From NCBI RefSeq assembly GCF_009834535.1, contig NC_045696.1, positions 121,522,001-121,586,000 on the forward strand: DNA of 64,000 bases. The letters are read 5' to 3'. The stretch is from Camelus ferus. Lineage: Eukaryota. The notes under the pieces are model-generated. The model saw only the letters and a list, made by a program, of their open reading frames with translations, was not told where the DNA came from and searched no databases. Positions 1 to 13,550 of this stretch are shown here, one piece after another. Within the stretch, counting starts at the first letter, position 1. Each line of letters opens with the position of its first letter. Both the position numbers and the translations under genes were made by a program.

Positions 1-104
1 CACTCTCCCTGTTAAGACTTGCCCCTCTCAGTGTCAACACTGTCATCTGTGTCCCAGGCTCTGTTTTCCAGCAGATCCAGCCTACAGTGCTCAGGCTAAA
101 ACCT

Positions 105-620
105 ATCACATCTATTGAGACCATGAAAACATTTTTCTCTTTTAATTTCTTTCAGATATTAGTATGGTGATATATACTGGTACATAGACTGATACAGATC
201 CATCCTTCACCCTCAGCAATAAATTCTTCTTGGCCATGATGTACTTCTAACATAATGGACTTCATGTGCTAGCATTTTATTTAGGAATTACTCAATTATG
301 ATCCTAACTGAGATTAGTCTATAATAGCCTTTTCTTTAACTGTCAGTATCTGGTTTTAGTATCAAGGGAATAAGAGCTAAAAAAAAAAAAACTATAGATT
401 TTCTTTTATTTTTCTCTGAAATATGCATAAGGTAGAGATTACCAGTTCACTGAAGTTTAATAAAACTTATGCTCAAAGTTTATTGGCCTGACGTACCTCT
501 TGTACTTGAGAGATGCAGACTTGGTGGAGGCACATTTTAAACTACCAAGTCCATTTCTTTCATGGATATTGGCTCACTTCAGTTTTCTATGTCATTTTCA
601 GTCAACAATTAATCTTGAGC
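105..620 (-). mobile_element. Ancient L1M fragment
   Basis: T-rich, with L1 antisense motifs (tctattgaga, gagattagtctataat, tctggttttagtatcaaggg, ggtagagattacc). Confidence 0.6.
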
Positions 621-1073
621 GTTAAAATGTTTGCAAAAAAAATGTAGTCTGAAATTTATGGGACAGCAAAACAGACTCATGCCCTATGATCCAGTAAAAT
701 TTCCCTTTAATGTAGTTTTTTAATGTACTGAAATTATCGTAAATGTATACAAAATTTATTCATAGGAATGGAAGTTCAATACAATATTTACTATAATACC
801 AATAATTTTGAAAACAATATAAATATCAAAAAATAAACTGAGGTTGTTTTAACCCACCCAACTGAACACCATATAGCCAATGAAAATTATATTCCTGAAG
901 AATACTTAGAGATCATAAGAAAATACTTCAGGTTGGCTGGTGAGAAAAAGCTATATATTCTATAGTTTAATTCTGTTTGCAAGTGGGAAGAGAGGGAGGC
1001 AAAAGGAGGGAGAGAGAGGAAGAGAGAAAGATAAAGAAAAGATTAGTAGTATGTATCTCAAAGTATTGTGGGA

Positions 1074-1171
1074 TTTTTGTCTGTTTGTTTTTTGTTAGTA
1101 GAGGCACTGGGGATTGAACCCAAGACCTCATGTATGCTAGGCATGCGCTCTACCACTATGTTATACTCCAC
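1074..1171 (-). mobile_element. tRNA-Ala-derived SINE (camelid type)
   Basis: Reverse complement gtggagtataacatagtggtagagcgcatgcctagcatacatgaggtcttgggttcaatccccagtgcctcta is a degenerate tRNA-Ala(AGC)-like body with A/B boxes, followed by an A-rich tail. Confidence 0.85.
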
Positions 1172-2013
1172 CGCATCCCGAAGTTTTAATCTTGTTATAG
1201 CTTTCATTAAAATTTCACATATATATTTTATCATGAACATGATGATACTTTTGTCATCAGGAAGAAAACGTGTTATAAAACATTTTAACGGTCATTCTTG
1301 TTTTCTGTAGTGGCAGTGGTCCAGGATGGGGTGTTAGATCATCCTGCATGCAAAGAATCCTCTGTGAGTCTCTCTGAGTGCAATGCCCTGTCCTACTTAG
1401 ACTGAGCTGGGATGCAAAACAGCCCAACATCAGACTCAGGGAGAGACTGCTGACACCTAGAACTGCTCTCAGAGCCCGTCCCCACTGGAGTCTTCGAGTG
1501 TCAAAATACATCTAGGGCATCCTGTGAACCGAAAAAATGCAAACTTTACCAAAGAAAAATGATGCACCCACGCCTGTCAGCCTGATCCTGGGACAAACAC
1601 AACTGCTCCTTGAGTTGAGTAATGGGGATTTTGAAAAAGACAAGTCCCCACAGTGCTCACTAGCATGTCCTGCATTCCATTCAGCACCGGGGACACAAGA
1701 AGGAGACCCTCAGAGCAAAATGAGCTAAGAGGAGCAGGACCGAGCCTTCAATTATCAGCATTATGGTCAAACAACTGAACAGGAAATCGTGACCTGGGGA
1801 GTGTGCAGGTAGAACAGAAAAGACATGTATTTAATTTTTTTTAATTGTAATTCAAGCCTTTCGCTGAGGAAAGCAAAACCGGTAACAGGGAAATAATGCA
1901 CCCCAGGTAGCTGAGCTTTCTGACCTCACGCCCTTCTGACTCCCTCCCCCAGTTATTCACTCACTTGTTGGGGGGGGGGGTCCTGCTAACGGGGGGAAGG
2001 CATCACAGATAGT

Positions 2014-2077
2014 CAAAGATCTGCTGCCCACAGCCCCTGTTTTCACAAAGATCTGCTGCCCACAGCCCCTGTCTTCA
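2014..2077. repeat. 32-bp tandem duplication (2 copies, 1 mismatch)
   Basis: caaagatctgctgcccacagcccctgt-t-ttca followed by caaagatctgctgcccacagcccctgt-c-ttca. Confidence 0.95.
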
Positions 2078-2634
2078 AGGAGCTTATTCCAGGAGAATTC
2101 TGAAATCAAACAATTCTCCTGCACCCTCTGTGCTGGCAGGTGGATGAGTCAGAGGGCAGCGGGAGATGCAGTTGAGGTGGAGAAAGTGCCACCCTACCCA
2201 CATGGAGATGGAAGCTTCTGAACACCTCACTTTGAGGTGGAAGGAGGAAGGTGAGAGCTGGGGCAACAGCTGCTGAAGGAGGAGGGAAAGAACACCTCAG
2301 AATCCACAAGAAAACAGCACCGGCGTAGCGGCCAACAATCGGCTTCAAAAACAGAACACAGGAGCAGGAGAAAGAACAGCAGGGCCTCGGCAGTGCAGCT
2401 GGGTAGGAACGACACCAATATGACACTTTAAAGACTCCAGGCACTGCGTGAAGCATCTGGAATGCTTTATTTCCCGCAATCCTCACTGCATCTCTGTGAG
2501 GCAGGTACAGGTGAGCAATAAGTAATTCAGAGACCAAGTGATGCCCCAGTGTTTGCCCTGAGTTAGTAATGGGGCCTGTATTCAGACCTAGGTAGACTAA
2601 CTCTAGAAATCCATTTCTGTGCATTTTTTTTCCT

Positions 2635-2803
2635 CAGTGGGGTACTTAGACCAACTGCATGGGCATCACACGGGAACACGCTAGAAATGTAAATTTCCAG
2701 TCCCCTCTCCAGACCTGCTGACTCAGAAATGGGGTCAGGCCCAGGAAACTCGTTCAGCAAGCCCTCCAGGGAATCCTGACACACGTGATGCCGGAGAACC
2801 ACT
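2635..2803. mobile_element. MER5-type hAT-Charlie element
   Basis: cagtgg...gcatcac...tagaaatgtaaattt...ccagacctgctgactcagaa...caagccctccagg...gagaaccactg. Confidence 0.75.
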
Positions 2804-5800
2804 GTTCCATCGCAATCAGATCCCTGGAATGACGCTCTAGCTCCGCTCAGTACCAGCTGGGTGGCCTCTGACAATCTGCATACCTCTCTTAGCTTTAATT
2901 CTCCTACATGTAAAACGGAGTTAGTATAAGTACCCCTGGCACTTGTAGGGTCTCTAGAGCAGTGGAGGCCCCATGAATGACACCTGGATCCACATGGCCA
3001 CAGGCTGTGAGTCAGGCAAGGCCTGCTGATGGAAACCACACAGCCAGCGAGGCAGCAAAGAAGGTTGGAGGGACTGGGGTTAACGAGCCCAGGGTTCCAC
3101 AGGGACCAGTTATCACTGGCCCCAAAGAGACCAGAAACATCAAATAACAGGGAAATGACTCTGTGAAGTTCTGCAACGTCTAGGCAGCAGGGGGACCAGA
3201 GGGTGAGAGAGAAAAGGCAGGCTGTTTCTAATCCAAATCCGTGGGTGAAAACTCAGGAACTCAACCCGTGACCCCTCAGAACAGACCATCAGTCACCAAG
3301 GTGCCAACGTGCCTGAGTGGCTCAGAGTCAGGGATGGCCCCGAGGCACAGCCACCAGCTTCCCAGACATCCTCACTCCTGCAACTGTGCAACACACCATC
3401 AGACTGTGGAAAGGGGGAAACTGAAATGCCCGATTAAAAAAAACCTCTCCTCCACACGGCCTAACTTACTTGGGTAACTGCCTGTACCACCGAAGCTCGA
3501 TGGTGCCTCTGAAAAATAATGCAAGTTACAGAGGTTTTCCATTCTCAGGTGAAATTCAGGGGGGGTCCGCTGCTCCCCTCTCCCACCCCCTCACCCATTT
3601 GCAAAGCACCTAAATTAAAATGTCATACAGGGTCCTGAAGTACAATGACAGTGAGCTTTGAATATGAACGCCTGAAAGAACCTTCCTTCTTTTGAATGAC
3701 TAACCCCATTATTTTAAGAAATACATCTTCTGAATGCTAAAACCCAACAGCAAGTTCAAGTAATATGTCATACCGCGTGGTGCTTCTAAAGACTCAGGTC
3801 ATGCCAATGACTCAAAAACAGCCTTAGAAAGAGAAGAATCGTGAGCCTGAGCTTAGGCTGCGTGAGGCATGAGAGGGAGAGAGAGCACATGTGACTGCTG
3901 TACAGCACAATGTATAGCCCTGTTAGTTCAGAAACCCTCACTGCTTTGGAAAAATGCTCAGACTATCTTCCGACATTGTTTTCATGCAATATTTTATTTA
4001 CCTTCTAATCCACAGAGCTGAGTTCAAACCGTCTGGCCTCATTACCATGATTTAATTTTGATTTTTAGAGAAAACTTCAGAGGCAGGCACGACAAACTCA
4101 GAGATGTCACGGACACAGAGTCCAAAAGTGCTCCATGACTGTCCTCCGGCCACAGAGGTAGGTCGTTAGGGCAGAACTGGGGCTAAAACCGTGACCACCC
4201 GGGTCTTCATCCAGGGCACTCTGTTCCACGTGAGCGCACTTTTGCAGAGAGAGAATCACCACAACCAAAAAACACTTCAGAGTCACTATGACTCACAGAA
4301 TGATTTTTTTCTAAGGAATCATTTCATGGTGCTGCATAAGAATTTACACTTCCTTACATCCTAAAGGACTGAATTTCAGGAGCTCCTCTGTGACTCGAAG
4401 CAAGTCACTTAAGTCACTCTGAGCCTCACTTTCATCACTGGTTAAGAACTGGTCATTCTGGTTAACTCCCATTTTGCTGTGAGGAACAAACAGGTAATAC
4501 GGCCTGACCCAGGGATCCAGCCAAAGTCACGCTCAGCCGATATGCACTGTCACAGGCCAAAGGAAACAGAATCGGGCCACTTACACAGTGATGGGCTGAA
4601 TGACACCCTTTCCAATGACCTAAATGTTCAGCCAGGATCTCTGGCTGAAAGGAAGAGATTACAACACGCACTCAGTGTACCACCTCATTAGAGAAGGCAC
4701 ATCATGCTTCTCCAAAGGTCTCCTCCCTTCCTCCCTCCTCTGTCGTCCAGCCCTGACTCTCAAGATCCAAACCCAGTGGACTGCAGGCAGATAAGGTAGG
4801 ACTGAAGGGGATGTGTGGCCCCTCATTACAGTCCACAAACCACGGCCTTAAAGAGAGATCAGCAGGTGAAAGAGGAGCAGCACCAAGAGTCGCACAACTA
4901 AACTAAGTGCCCACAGCAATTTTCCATGTATCTCTCCCTTTTCCCTACTCAGACAAGGACTGCCATGCACACACCTCACCAAGTCCTCCCACATACTCTG
5001 CTTCCAAAACGTTTCTCAATCCATTAACCACCTCCTTTCCAACTGGCCAAACCTAGCTTCACTCCTTGGTCACTCATTCATTCACCCAGCAAATACACCT
5101 CTTCATTCTAAGCATGGCAGGGAGTACTAATCTGGGCAGACAGTTCACTGAAAAATGTCCTTGGACCCAGGGGACATCCCTTAAATTAATTTTTTAATTT
5201 AACATCAAAATATTTTAAATAAGAGATCAATGAGGAAAATTACTACTGAATTTACTTCTTGAAATGACCCTATGTCCAAAAGTACAGCAGCAAAAAGCTG
5301 ATCAGCAACAGACAGATCTGAAGTATTTTCTCACTTGGACTGGATGATATGAAATATTCCGAGTTAGACTACAGACCTGAAATACCCTGCCAAGTAATCC
5401 CCAAATTTTAGTTTTGACTGTTGGAATCAACATAACTTACCAAACACTTGTGAAGCACTGTCTGGTGAGCACACGGCAGAACCACCCTCTCACCTGTGGG
5501 CTCCTCATGACCCAGGATGGGCTCGGCTCTGCCTTCAAGCCTCCTCACTTAGCTCTGTGCCTGTCACGTGGTAGATGTTTAATGCATGTTTGTGCAATAA
5601 CAGAGAGATGAAGAAATAGGATGAAACTAGCAAAGCACATTTACTTAAGAAAAGAAAATGCACATGACAACCAAAGGTGAGAATTGGGATTAAAGAAATC
5701 TCTTATCTTTCTATCCTAGGGAGATTTTAATAAAAGAAAACACAAAACAAAAAGAAACAGCAATCCTCTCAGAGGACTGGTAAACACTGCTCTCAGAGAC

Positions 5801-6570
5801 TTTAAAGTCAGTAAAAAGACTAAGGGTTACACGCTAACACTCCCTTGGCAAACAAAGGCCTCACTGCCACCAACAAGACGCACTCCAGTGGGACAGAAGA
5901 GCCTACAGCTCTCTGCGTGGTGAGCGCCCCAAGCTCAGTTGGCCAGCTCGGAGCCTCATCACAGCACTCAGAATCAGAGATTCTTTGTGGGAGCCAAAGC
6001 AAGTGCACGGAGCTAGACCCAGTGACAGTCCCCAGGAACCTTTGGTTCCCTTTTAAATAAACAGGTGGCATCACTGGGGACAAAGAATACTAGGCTTTCC
6101 TGTCGGAATCCCCAGGAGAACCCCACTGAAGCACCCCACAAGAAGCTGCTGCTGTCAAGGAGCAGAGGACGTCCCAAGCCTCTGAGAAGAATCCTCCAAC
6201 AGGGTCAAAGGACCAAGAGGCCATTCCTACAGCCAAGAGCAGGATCTGAAGAGAGGACAGCAGGAGGCGGCCAAAAGGCACTGAGGGCTCACACCATGAA
6301 CAGTTCTCTGTCTGAAGGCAGCTTGGATTCAGCCACAGTGACCTGGGCCCTGACCCTGCCCCAGTCCAGGCCATCACTGACAGGGGCCTGCCTCCTCCTC
6401 CACAGAGGGAAGGCTGGATGAGATGTTTCTGGGGGACTCATCCCGGCTGCACTGCTCTGAGGTCACGGATTTCTGAGAAAGCCTGGCAATAAAGCACTAA
6501 CACAATGAGTCCTGCTCGTAGTCTTCCCTGGACTCCAGCTTCCTCACAGACTTTTTAAAAAGGGAATTAG

Positions 6571-6905
6571 GAAAAAAAATGGTAAACGAACTTATATATA
6601 AAGCAGAAACAGGACTCACACACACAGAATACAGACTTGTGGTTGCCAGGGGGGCGGGGGGTGGGAAGGGATAAACTGGGACTTCAAGATTCACAGATAC
6701 TGACTGGCATATATAAAACAGATAAACAAGTTTACACTGTATAGCACAGGGAAATATATTCAATATTTTGTAGTAGCTTACAGTGAAAAAGAATATGAAA
6801 ATGAATATGTGTATATTCATGTATGACTGAAGAATTATGCTGTACACCAGAAACTGACACATTGTAAACTGATATATCGCAATATGAATGAATGAATGAA
6901 TGAAT
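6571..6905 (+). mobile_element. Young 5'-truncated L1 3' end (artiodactyl/camelid type) with TSD
   Basis: Typical 3' UTR motifs (gactcaca...ttgtggttgccaggggg...ctgtatagcacaggg...gctgtacaccagaaactgacacattgtaaac) and a (GAAT)n tail. TSD AAAAAGGGAATTAG at 6557-6570 vs AAAAAGAGAATTAG at 6906-6919. Confidence 0.9.
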
Positions 6906-7339
6906 AAAAAGAGAATTAGAAACAACACAGGCCCACAACACAACTCAGGTTTAGTCCCATCTCCCCCCTCACAGGTGCACACCCTCCCTAACTCACACCC
7001 TCTGGCTCCAAAGCTCCAACTGGCTGTAACAGCAGAGCATGGCTTCGAGAAAAGTCATTTCATACAAGCTATCAGTGGAATCACGGCTACTCTAACAGCT
7101 CCCAAAACCTGAGTTCAGCAGAAGAAAGCAAAGGCTGGAGGTACCCAGATGTGTTCAAGAAGATTTTTAGGTGATTTCAAAAGAATTCCTGTGATTTCAA
7201 ACTCCTACTCATACTCCGTTCTATGGACTTCACTGTATTTTTCTTCCCCAGAGCCCAAGTGCAGGATGGAAAAAAATGCCAATTCTTTCCCACCAAGAAT
7301 AAAATGTAAAAATAATAACAGAAATAAGTGATGATGACG

Positions 7340-7585
7340 ATGATGATACCTACATCACGCAGCCCCGAGTACAGACCAGGCACAGTTCTAAGTGCCTGAC
7401 ACACATCAATTATTTGTTCTTCAGGACAGCCTTAAATGATAATAGAGACCACTATCATCGCCACTGGCAGACAAGAAAGCTGAAGTTTAAGTAATGTTCT
7501 CAAGGTCTCCCAGCCAGTAAGTGGCAGAGCTGGGGTTCAAACCTAGGCAGTGTGACACCAGAGTCAACACCTTCAACCCACTAAA
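7340..7585 (-). mobile_element. MIR SINE
   Basis: ccaggcacagttctaag...aagtaatgttctcaaggtctcccagccagtaagtggcagagctggggttcaaacctaggcagtgtgac. Confidence 0.8.
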
Positions 7586-8188
7586 TGGAACAACTTCTCC
7601 CCACATGTACGTCTACTGCAGAGAAATCCGGGAGGAGTGTTCTGAGCAGTTACAACAGTGATGGAATGAATGTGAATGTTCATCTCTAGGGCCACCTTAA
7701 TCCAAATACCTAGTCAACAAGTATCCGGGAAGAGCAGACAAGTCACGAGCACTTATCTCGTCAAAAGAAATTGGCTCACAGAGCGTAGCACCGATTTTTA
7801 TTTTTTACCTCAAGAATTCAGTGCAGATTAGTGAGGTCCCAAGCCACAAATGTGCAATCTCCAGGCTCTCTACCCTGACTATTTGAAATATATTATCCCA
7901 AACTACAGAGCAGACCAGTGGCTTTGAATTACCATGGCAACCAGAGTCAGTGGCTATGCCCCCACGCAAACAGACCGGTGAAGGGCTGTCATTAAAATCC
8001 AGCTGTGGTATAAAGAGGGTATTTGGAGAGACTCTGTTCTGTGGAAGATCTTTCGCTTTAGGAAGAAAAACACCCTGGCTTTTGTCAGAACTTTCTGTTC
8101 TCACATCTTGTTAATACAGCTGTTTCTTTTCTCTGCCTAGGAGAGGTTTGAGAGAGTCCTTATCTTCTCATTGTACGCTGTACAATCT

Positions 8189-8320
8189 CTGTGTATGTGT
8201 GTGTGTGTGTGTGTGTGTACACACCCACATTTATACACATCTACACATATACGTGCCCTGTGTACACATATACATACAGTGTACATGCACACGTACACAC
8301 ATTTATAGCACATGCATTCA
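8189..8320. repeat. (TG)n microsatellite followed by a degenerate (CA/TA)n tract
   Basis: gtgtatgtgtgtgtgtgtgtgtgtgtgt, then acacac...tacacatatacatacag. Confidence 0.9.
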
Positions 8321-10859
8321 AATGCAGACATCTCGACTTCCTAGCTTCAACCCATGACTCTGACAGAGGACCTGCTCCCCGGGAAGTGGGACACAGGAAG
8401 CATCTTCTCTTCCTGCCTCCAAAGAGAAAAGGGCCCCCTCAGACATGGTCTGATTCCCTAGGGTCACACTGGCTCCTCCCTTTCCCCATGCTACGTTAAC
8501 AGGGCCAGGCCAGTCTGCCCCTTGCTTCCCTGCCACCTCAGCATCTTCAAGAGGGATGTGAGAGACAGAAAGACAGAGAACCATCATTTTCCCCTCAAGG
8601 GTTATAGCACTATCTTTTAGCAATGATTTTGAAAGCATCAGCAAATTGAGATTGGGGTCTCAGAGAAGCTGACAAAGACCTCTCCTGCAAGACAGGACTT
8701 CCAGTCAAACTTTAACTAGGTCCTAGAGGTGGAACGGGATGGTGTTTAAAGGTCACTTTCAGCTCTGAATGCGGAAGTCAGGGGAACCCAGTCAAGGTCG
8801 TGAGGAGAAAAACTAAACAACAGGGCACTCATCCAGCGGGAAATGGAGATAGACACGCAGGTTCCACGGGGTGACAGGACAAGCCCTGAGGGGGTGAGGG
8901 GGTGCCGCCCTCTCGGGGTCAGTGACTTGGGCAGGAGACTGCCAGCGCCCAGATGTCCTGGCCCTGCACACAGAGAATGAGCGGCGGGGCTCCCATGGCC
9001 ACCAGCCAGGCCTCTGAGCTACACCAGCCAGCGTTCCGCTGGCTCCAACCTCCTCAGCCCACTCGTCTCGCATCCAGGGAAACCTCCTCAGGCCACTTCT
9101 GCAGGCCTGAGTGTCTTCACTGCAGAAATAACACGCAGACATCCATACCTATGGAGGGGAAATGTAGGCAGCCCTGATGAATGAGCTGTCTGTCTGTACC
9201 TGTCTCCATCCTAAGGTCCTTTGTAAAGTGAGGAAATGAGGAAGCAGATTGCCTTTTTTAATGCGTGTGTGTGTACACAAGCACCTGTAAACATATCTGC
9301 ACGCATAGACGTGTATGTCCAGTGAGCACAGAATTTTATCTGACAAGCATACACAACGTTATAAGGTGTGCAAATAAGGACAATCACTACAGCATGGCTT
9401 GCAACAGTCGAAATGAATGAATGAACTGAAATGTCCACCAATAAGGAGGAGGCAGAAATAGATGATAACTTATCCATACTATGCAGCTATGACAAAGGAT
9501 AAATTAGACTTGTGGATGCTGATATAAAGAGACCTCTAAGACACATTGCTGGGTGGGAAAAAAAAATTAGCTGTCACCACTATTTTTTTTTAAAGGGTAG
9601 TGTTCTCTCATTCCTTCTGCTCTCCCCTGTTCCCCTTCTTCTGTAACATTCATCCTTGGAGTTGTTCTAGAAGGATCACAAGTAATCCTAATTTACAGGG
9701 GAGAAAATGCTCTTTGAAGTTCAAAACATGCAGTAAATCCTTGCAATTCCAAAGTCTTCCCCCCTAAACATTTACCCTCATAATTTGTTCAGTAACTGAA
9801 AACCAACATGTTGCAAATGAGTAGAACTTGGTTCATAAAGTGCTGGACATGCCAAGGGCAAAGACGTTTCCATCCCCCAGTTGGAGAGGATCATCCCTGG
9901 ATTTGAGAACAAGGAAGAAAGCAGTTACACAGGTATCTGCCCTGGATTCTTCTCCTTCCTGTCCGAGGGTGTCAGAGAGGCTAATACCAACGCTTTGTTC
10001 CAGTAGAAAACAGAGCAGCTGCAGCCACAGTGTCCCCTGAAGATGAGGGCAGCTCAGAATCCCAGGGACCAGCTGACTTACGCCAGTGTATCTAATGTGC
10101 CCTCCGAGTCCCTGTGCCTTCAGGACAAAAACCCCTGAATCTGGAAAATTACTGATTCGAAAAACAAAAATGAGGAGGCAGTTAAGGATACTAGGCAATA
10201 ACCGTCTCATCTTTTTGTCCTCTAAGAAGGCTTGTGTGCTCAAGTCAGCATTCTCTATCACTAACCGAGCCTCTGGGGAGGAAGGCTGGGGTCAGGAGTC
10301 TGGGGTAGGGGGAGGTTTACTTTCATAAGGTTTCATTTTTTTTATACCACGACCACGGTTTATTACCTCAGCATCCCAGACAACCCCTTTTCAAAGCACT
10401 ATTCCTTGTGCTCCTCACCACAACGATTTCACTAGGCAAGTAATTCTTCCCATTCAGTGGAGACTCAGGGAAATTTTGCTCCTTACAGAGCTACACAAAT
10501 AGTAAGGGACTGAGTCAAGGCTCCACAAAAGTCCCCTAACTCCTCATCCTGGGGTGGTTCTACTGAGCCATGCTGCCTCAAGACAGATCTATGCTGTATC
10601 ATATTAGAGTTGAAAGGTTACAACAGTACCATTTCCCACCACTACAGGATGAGAAATAAGATTGTCAAGGGTTTTCTCTGTGTGTGTGTGTGTGTATGTG
10701 ATTTTAATCCACCACCGGCAGGAATGCTTATGCACACAAAGAGAACCTAAGCCAGGAGACTATGTGTGAGCATCAGAGCTGGAACAGACCTCAGGAGATG
10801 AGCTCATGCTCCTCTGATACATACCCCACCTCTCCCAGAGGAGTAGGTCAGAAAGACAA

Positions 10860-11160
10860 GCCCCTTGTAGGGGAACCTCCCCATGGACAGCTTCTGCTAC
10901 TGGGTTGATGGTCAACTCCTCAGCTTCTTTGGTCTTCTACGGGGACAGACCTCAGTTCTATCTTTGCTGTTTCTCGGCGTTCCCCAGCAGGAATGAGTTC
11001 CAACTGCTTACAGTATAAATCTGCTTGATACCTGCACCTTTACTGGGTTCCATCTCTTCCCTGTCTCACCTTCCCACCACTATCACCAGTATTTCCTGAG
11101 ATTGCATCTCAAACTACCTGCACCCCAATCCTTGCCTGGGAGTCCACTCCTAACGAGTCA
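10860..11160 (+). mobile_element. LTR16-like (ERVL) LTR fragment
   Basis: cttccctgtctcaccttcccacc...tttcctgagattgcatctcaaactacctgcaccccaatccttg resembles an LTR16 3' part. Confidence 0.55.
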
Positions 11161-11169
11161 AGTTTCACT

Positions 11170-11370
11170 CTGTGTCCAGTGTGAAGCTTACTGTACTGCC
11201 TGTTTTACCTTAACTAATCCTCACAATAACTCCATAAAGAATTTTTATATTCATTTTACAGATGAGGAACATGAAACAGATATTATAACTGGCCCACAGC
11301 TGCCCAGTTAGCAGGAGGAGAACCAGTCAGCAGATCTATCTGACTCCAAAGTCTTGTTTTTAACCACTAC
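11170..11370 (-). mobile_element. MIR SINE
   Basis: taatcctcacaataactcc...cattttacagatgaggaacatga...tctgactccaaagtc...taaccactac. Confidence 0.75.
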
Positions 11371-11812
11371 GAATCATAAATCACTGCTGCCCCACTGGTT
11401 TACTCACAAAATGTCTGCAAAATATCCTTGTAATCAGTGGCGTTTAATGAGCAACAGAAACCAGTTAAGTCAAATGCCCAACCACCTCAAGAGAATACTA
11501 GATTTAATGAAAGGCCGTGCGTGGATACAGTAACGTGTGTCGCTGACTTCTGCTCCCTTGTCTGTGTACCGAGCAGAACACTGTGGAGGCATGATTCTAA
11601 GGGTTTCCAACCAAGCTGAAAGGAAGACACAGGAAGCGCCCACCTCTTCATGCCCCCAAGCAGCGGAGACACTGCCAACATCACTGAGACATATGATTAA
11701 TTGCCCTAACAGTAAGTTAGGGGTCGGCAAAATGAAAGCTTGCGGGGGTACGGGACAACCACTTTATAACTGCTTTGACTATATAAAGTCCTCTCCTTGG
11801 CTGTATTTACCT

Positions 11813-12024
11813 ACAGGGCATGTGTGATGGCAAACCAACTCTCCAGGAGGACCCAGGGGAGGAAAAAGAACCTGGCTGGCAGTGTTTGCCCATTTCAGTG
11901 GTGTCAATACTCCCATCACAGCCAATTTCGAGCTACCAACATGTTGTCGCTGAATGCATGACTGGAAAGAGCAGTACAAATGTGCCTTCACAAGCCAGCA
12001 GGAGCCAGCACCAGTGCACCACTG
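11813..12024. mobile_element. MER63-type hAT element
   Basis: aatactcccatcacagccaatttcgagctaccaacatg...gctgaatgca...gagccagcaccagtgcaccactg matches the recalled MER63A consensus in reverse. Confidence 0.75.
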
Positions 12025-12232
12025 CTCCCATGGGATGATGACACCACACCGGAGGCCTGAGTATGTCTTTTCCAGGATCTAGGCAAGGTGGGAGGCGAGA
12101 AAAGCAGTAAGCTTAGAGAGCAGCCAAATGCGCCTGTCGAGTCCACTTCACTCCGAGAGGCATGACGGCTCCTTCCCAGCAGGGGTCAGGGGACAGGAGG
12201 CGCTGTGCCACAGAAGGCAGACGGGACACAGA

Positions 12233-12462
12233 GCAGGGCTGTTCAGTTGTGGCAGCATGTTAGAATCCCAGAGGACCCTTTAGAAATTCTGCTGCCCAGG
12301 CCTCATCCAAAGCCAGTGAAATCAGAACCCACGGGAGTGGTACCCAGGCACCAGGGGACATCAATGTGCCAGCAGGGTTGAGAAGGAATGCTCCTTAGGA
12401 ATCCTTCTCAAACATGACCGTGCATACAACTCCCCTCGGTCTTCTGTGAAAATGCAGGTTCT
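12233..12462. mobile_element. MER5B-type fragments (two adjacent)
   Basis: tagaatcccagagg...tgcccaggcctcatcc...aatcagaa...cagggttgagaa, followed by cttctcaaac...gcatacaactcccct...aaaatgcaggttctga. Confidence 0.55.
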
Positions 12463-12499
12463 GAAAACAGCAAGTAAAAAAGAATGGTACTTAATAAAT

Positions 12500-12725
12500 T
12501 CAAGAACATGAAAAGCTAATAGGCTAAGTAACTGAGACAGAGGTAAGACCACGGTTACTTCTCAGAAAGCACTGACTGAAACTGAAGAAAGAAAACCTCT
12601 TGGGTGCTAGAAATGTCCTACATCTGATCTGAGAAGTGGTAGATAACGCAGGTAACACACTAAGTTGTACACTTCATACACTTGACACAATTTACTGTAT
12701 AAACGCTACGCCTCAACAATAAAAT
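12500..12725 (+). mobile_element. L1M 3' end fragment
   Basis: tgggtgctagaaatgtcctacatctgatctg...gttgtacactt...tttactgtataaacgctacgcctcaacaataaaa. Confidence 0.6.
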
Positions 12726-13229
12726 AGTGACACTGGCTGGGGCAGGACACAGAATCAGTAGTAGGTCTAGGTGACTCCTGAGATTCTGGACCTAACAAAC
12801 CCCCAAGCAATGCTGATGCTGCTGGTCTGATCACACTCTGAGTCTCGGGGCCAGAGTGACTTACGAGTCAACACACTACACGTGTTGAACCAGTGCCCAC
12901 AGTGTGCCGGTGGTGTGGACAACAGGTCCATGATCTGTCTGGGGCAGAGGCTGCCCTTGAAGAAGTCACACTCTCCTGAGGTCCAACAATTCATAAAACA
13001 AATTCACTGATTTAAAGGATCTCAGAGAGTCTCTGCCGTGTGCTCCTAGCAGGTGCCTGCTCCCTATTCCCCAGGGTTGCAGCTATTACACCAGAAAGTG
13101 CGCATCCCAAATAACGACCCATCCCAATTGACAAAAGTGCTGTAAGACCAGAGTGAAACTGAGTTGCTGAAAGGCTGGTGAGGCTGAGAGCGAGGAGTGA
13201 TGGTCAGCAGTAAGTAATGGGTGTGCCGA

Positions 13230-13550
13230 TCCAAGCAGGGGCCAGAGAAAGCAGGGCTTGGGAGCCACCACGTTAAGGATTCTGGTCTTTATCTCAGGAG
13301 CAATGGGATGCCTTTGAAAGGTTTTAAGCTGGGGGGTGGCATAATCAGATTTGCATTTTTAAAAAGATCACTCTAACTGCAGTATGGAGAACCGATTAGA
13401 GGGGGGCCAGAAAGAAGGCCAGTCTAGTAGACCAAAGGAGCCTGGACCCGGGGAACAGCTGGAAAGAAGGAGATGCTCTTCAGGTGTTTACAGTGGGAAC
13501 ATGGGCAGGTCCTGATGACAGACTGACCAGGGGGTGTCAAAGATAAATCT
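13230..13550 (-). mobile_element. L2 fragment
   Basis: taaggattctggtctttatc...gcaatgggatgcc...ggttttaagc...ggcataatcagatttgcatttttaaaaagatcactct...gcagtatggagaa. Confidence 0.8.

Noticed and set aside
1099..1171. Possible tRNA-Ala gene
   Set aside because: Multiple stem and A-box substitutions and an A-rich tail indicate a tRNA-derived SINE. The same applies to 63815-63941.
6065..6500. Possible processed pseudogene (118-aa ORF followed by AATAAA at ~6488)
   Set aside because: No poly-A tail or TSD, and no frame gives a peptide I recognise. A BLASTX search would settle it.
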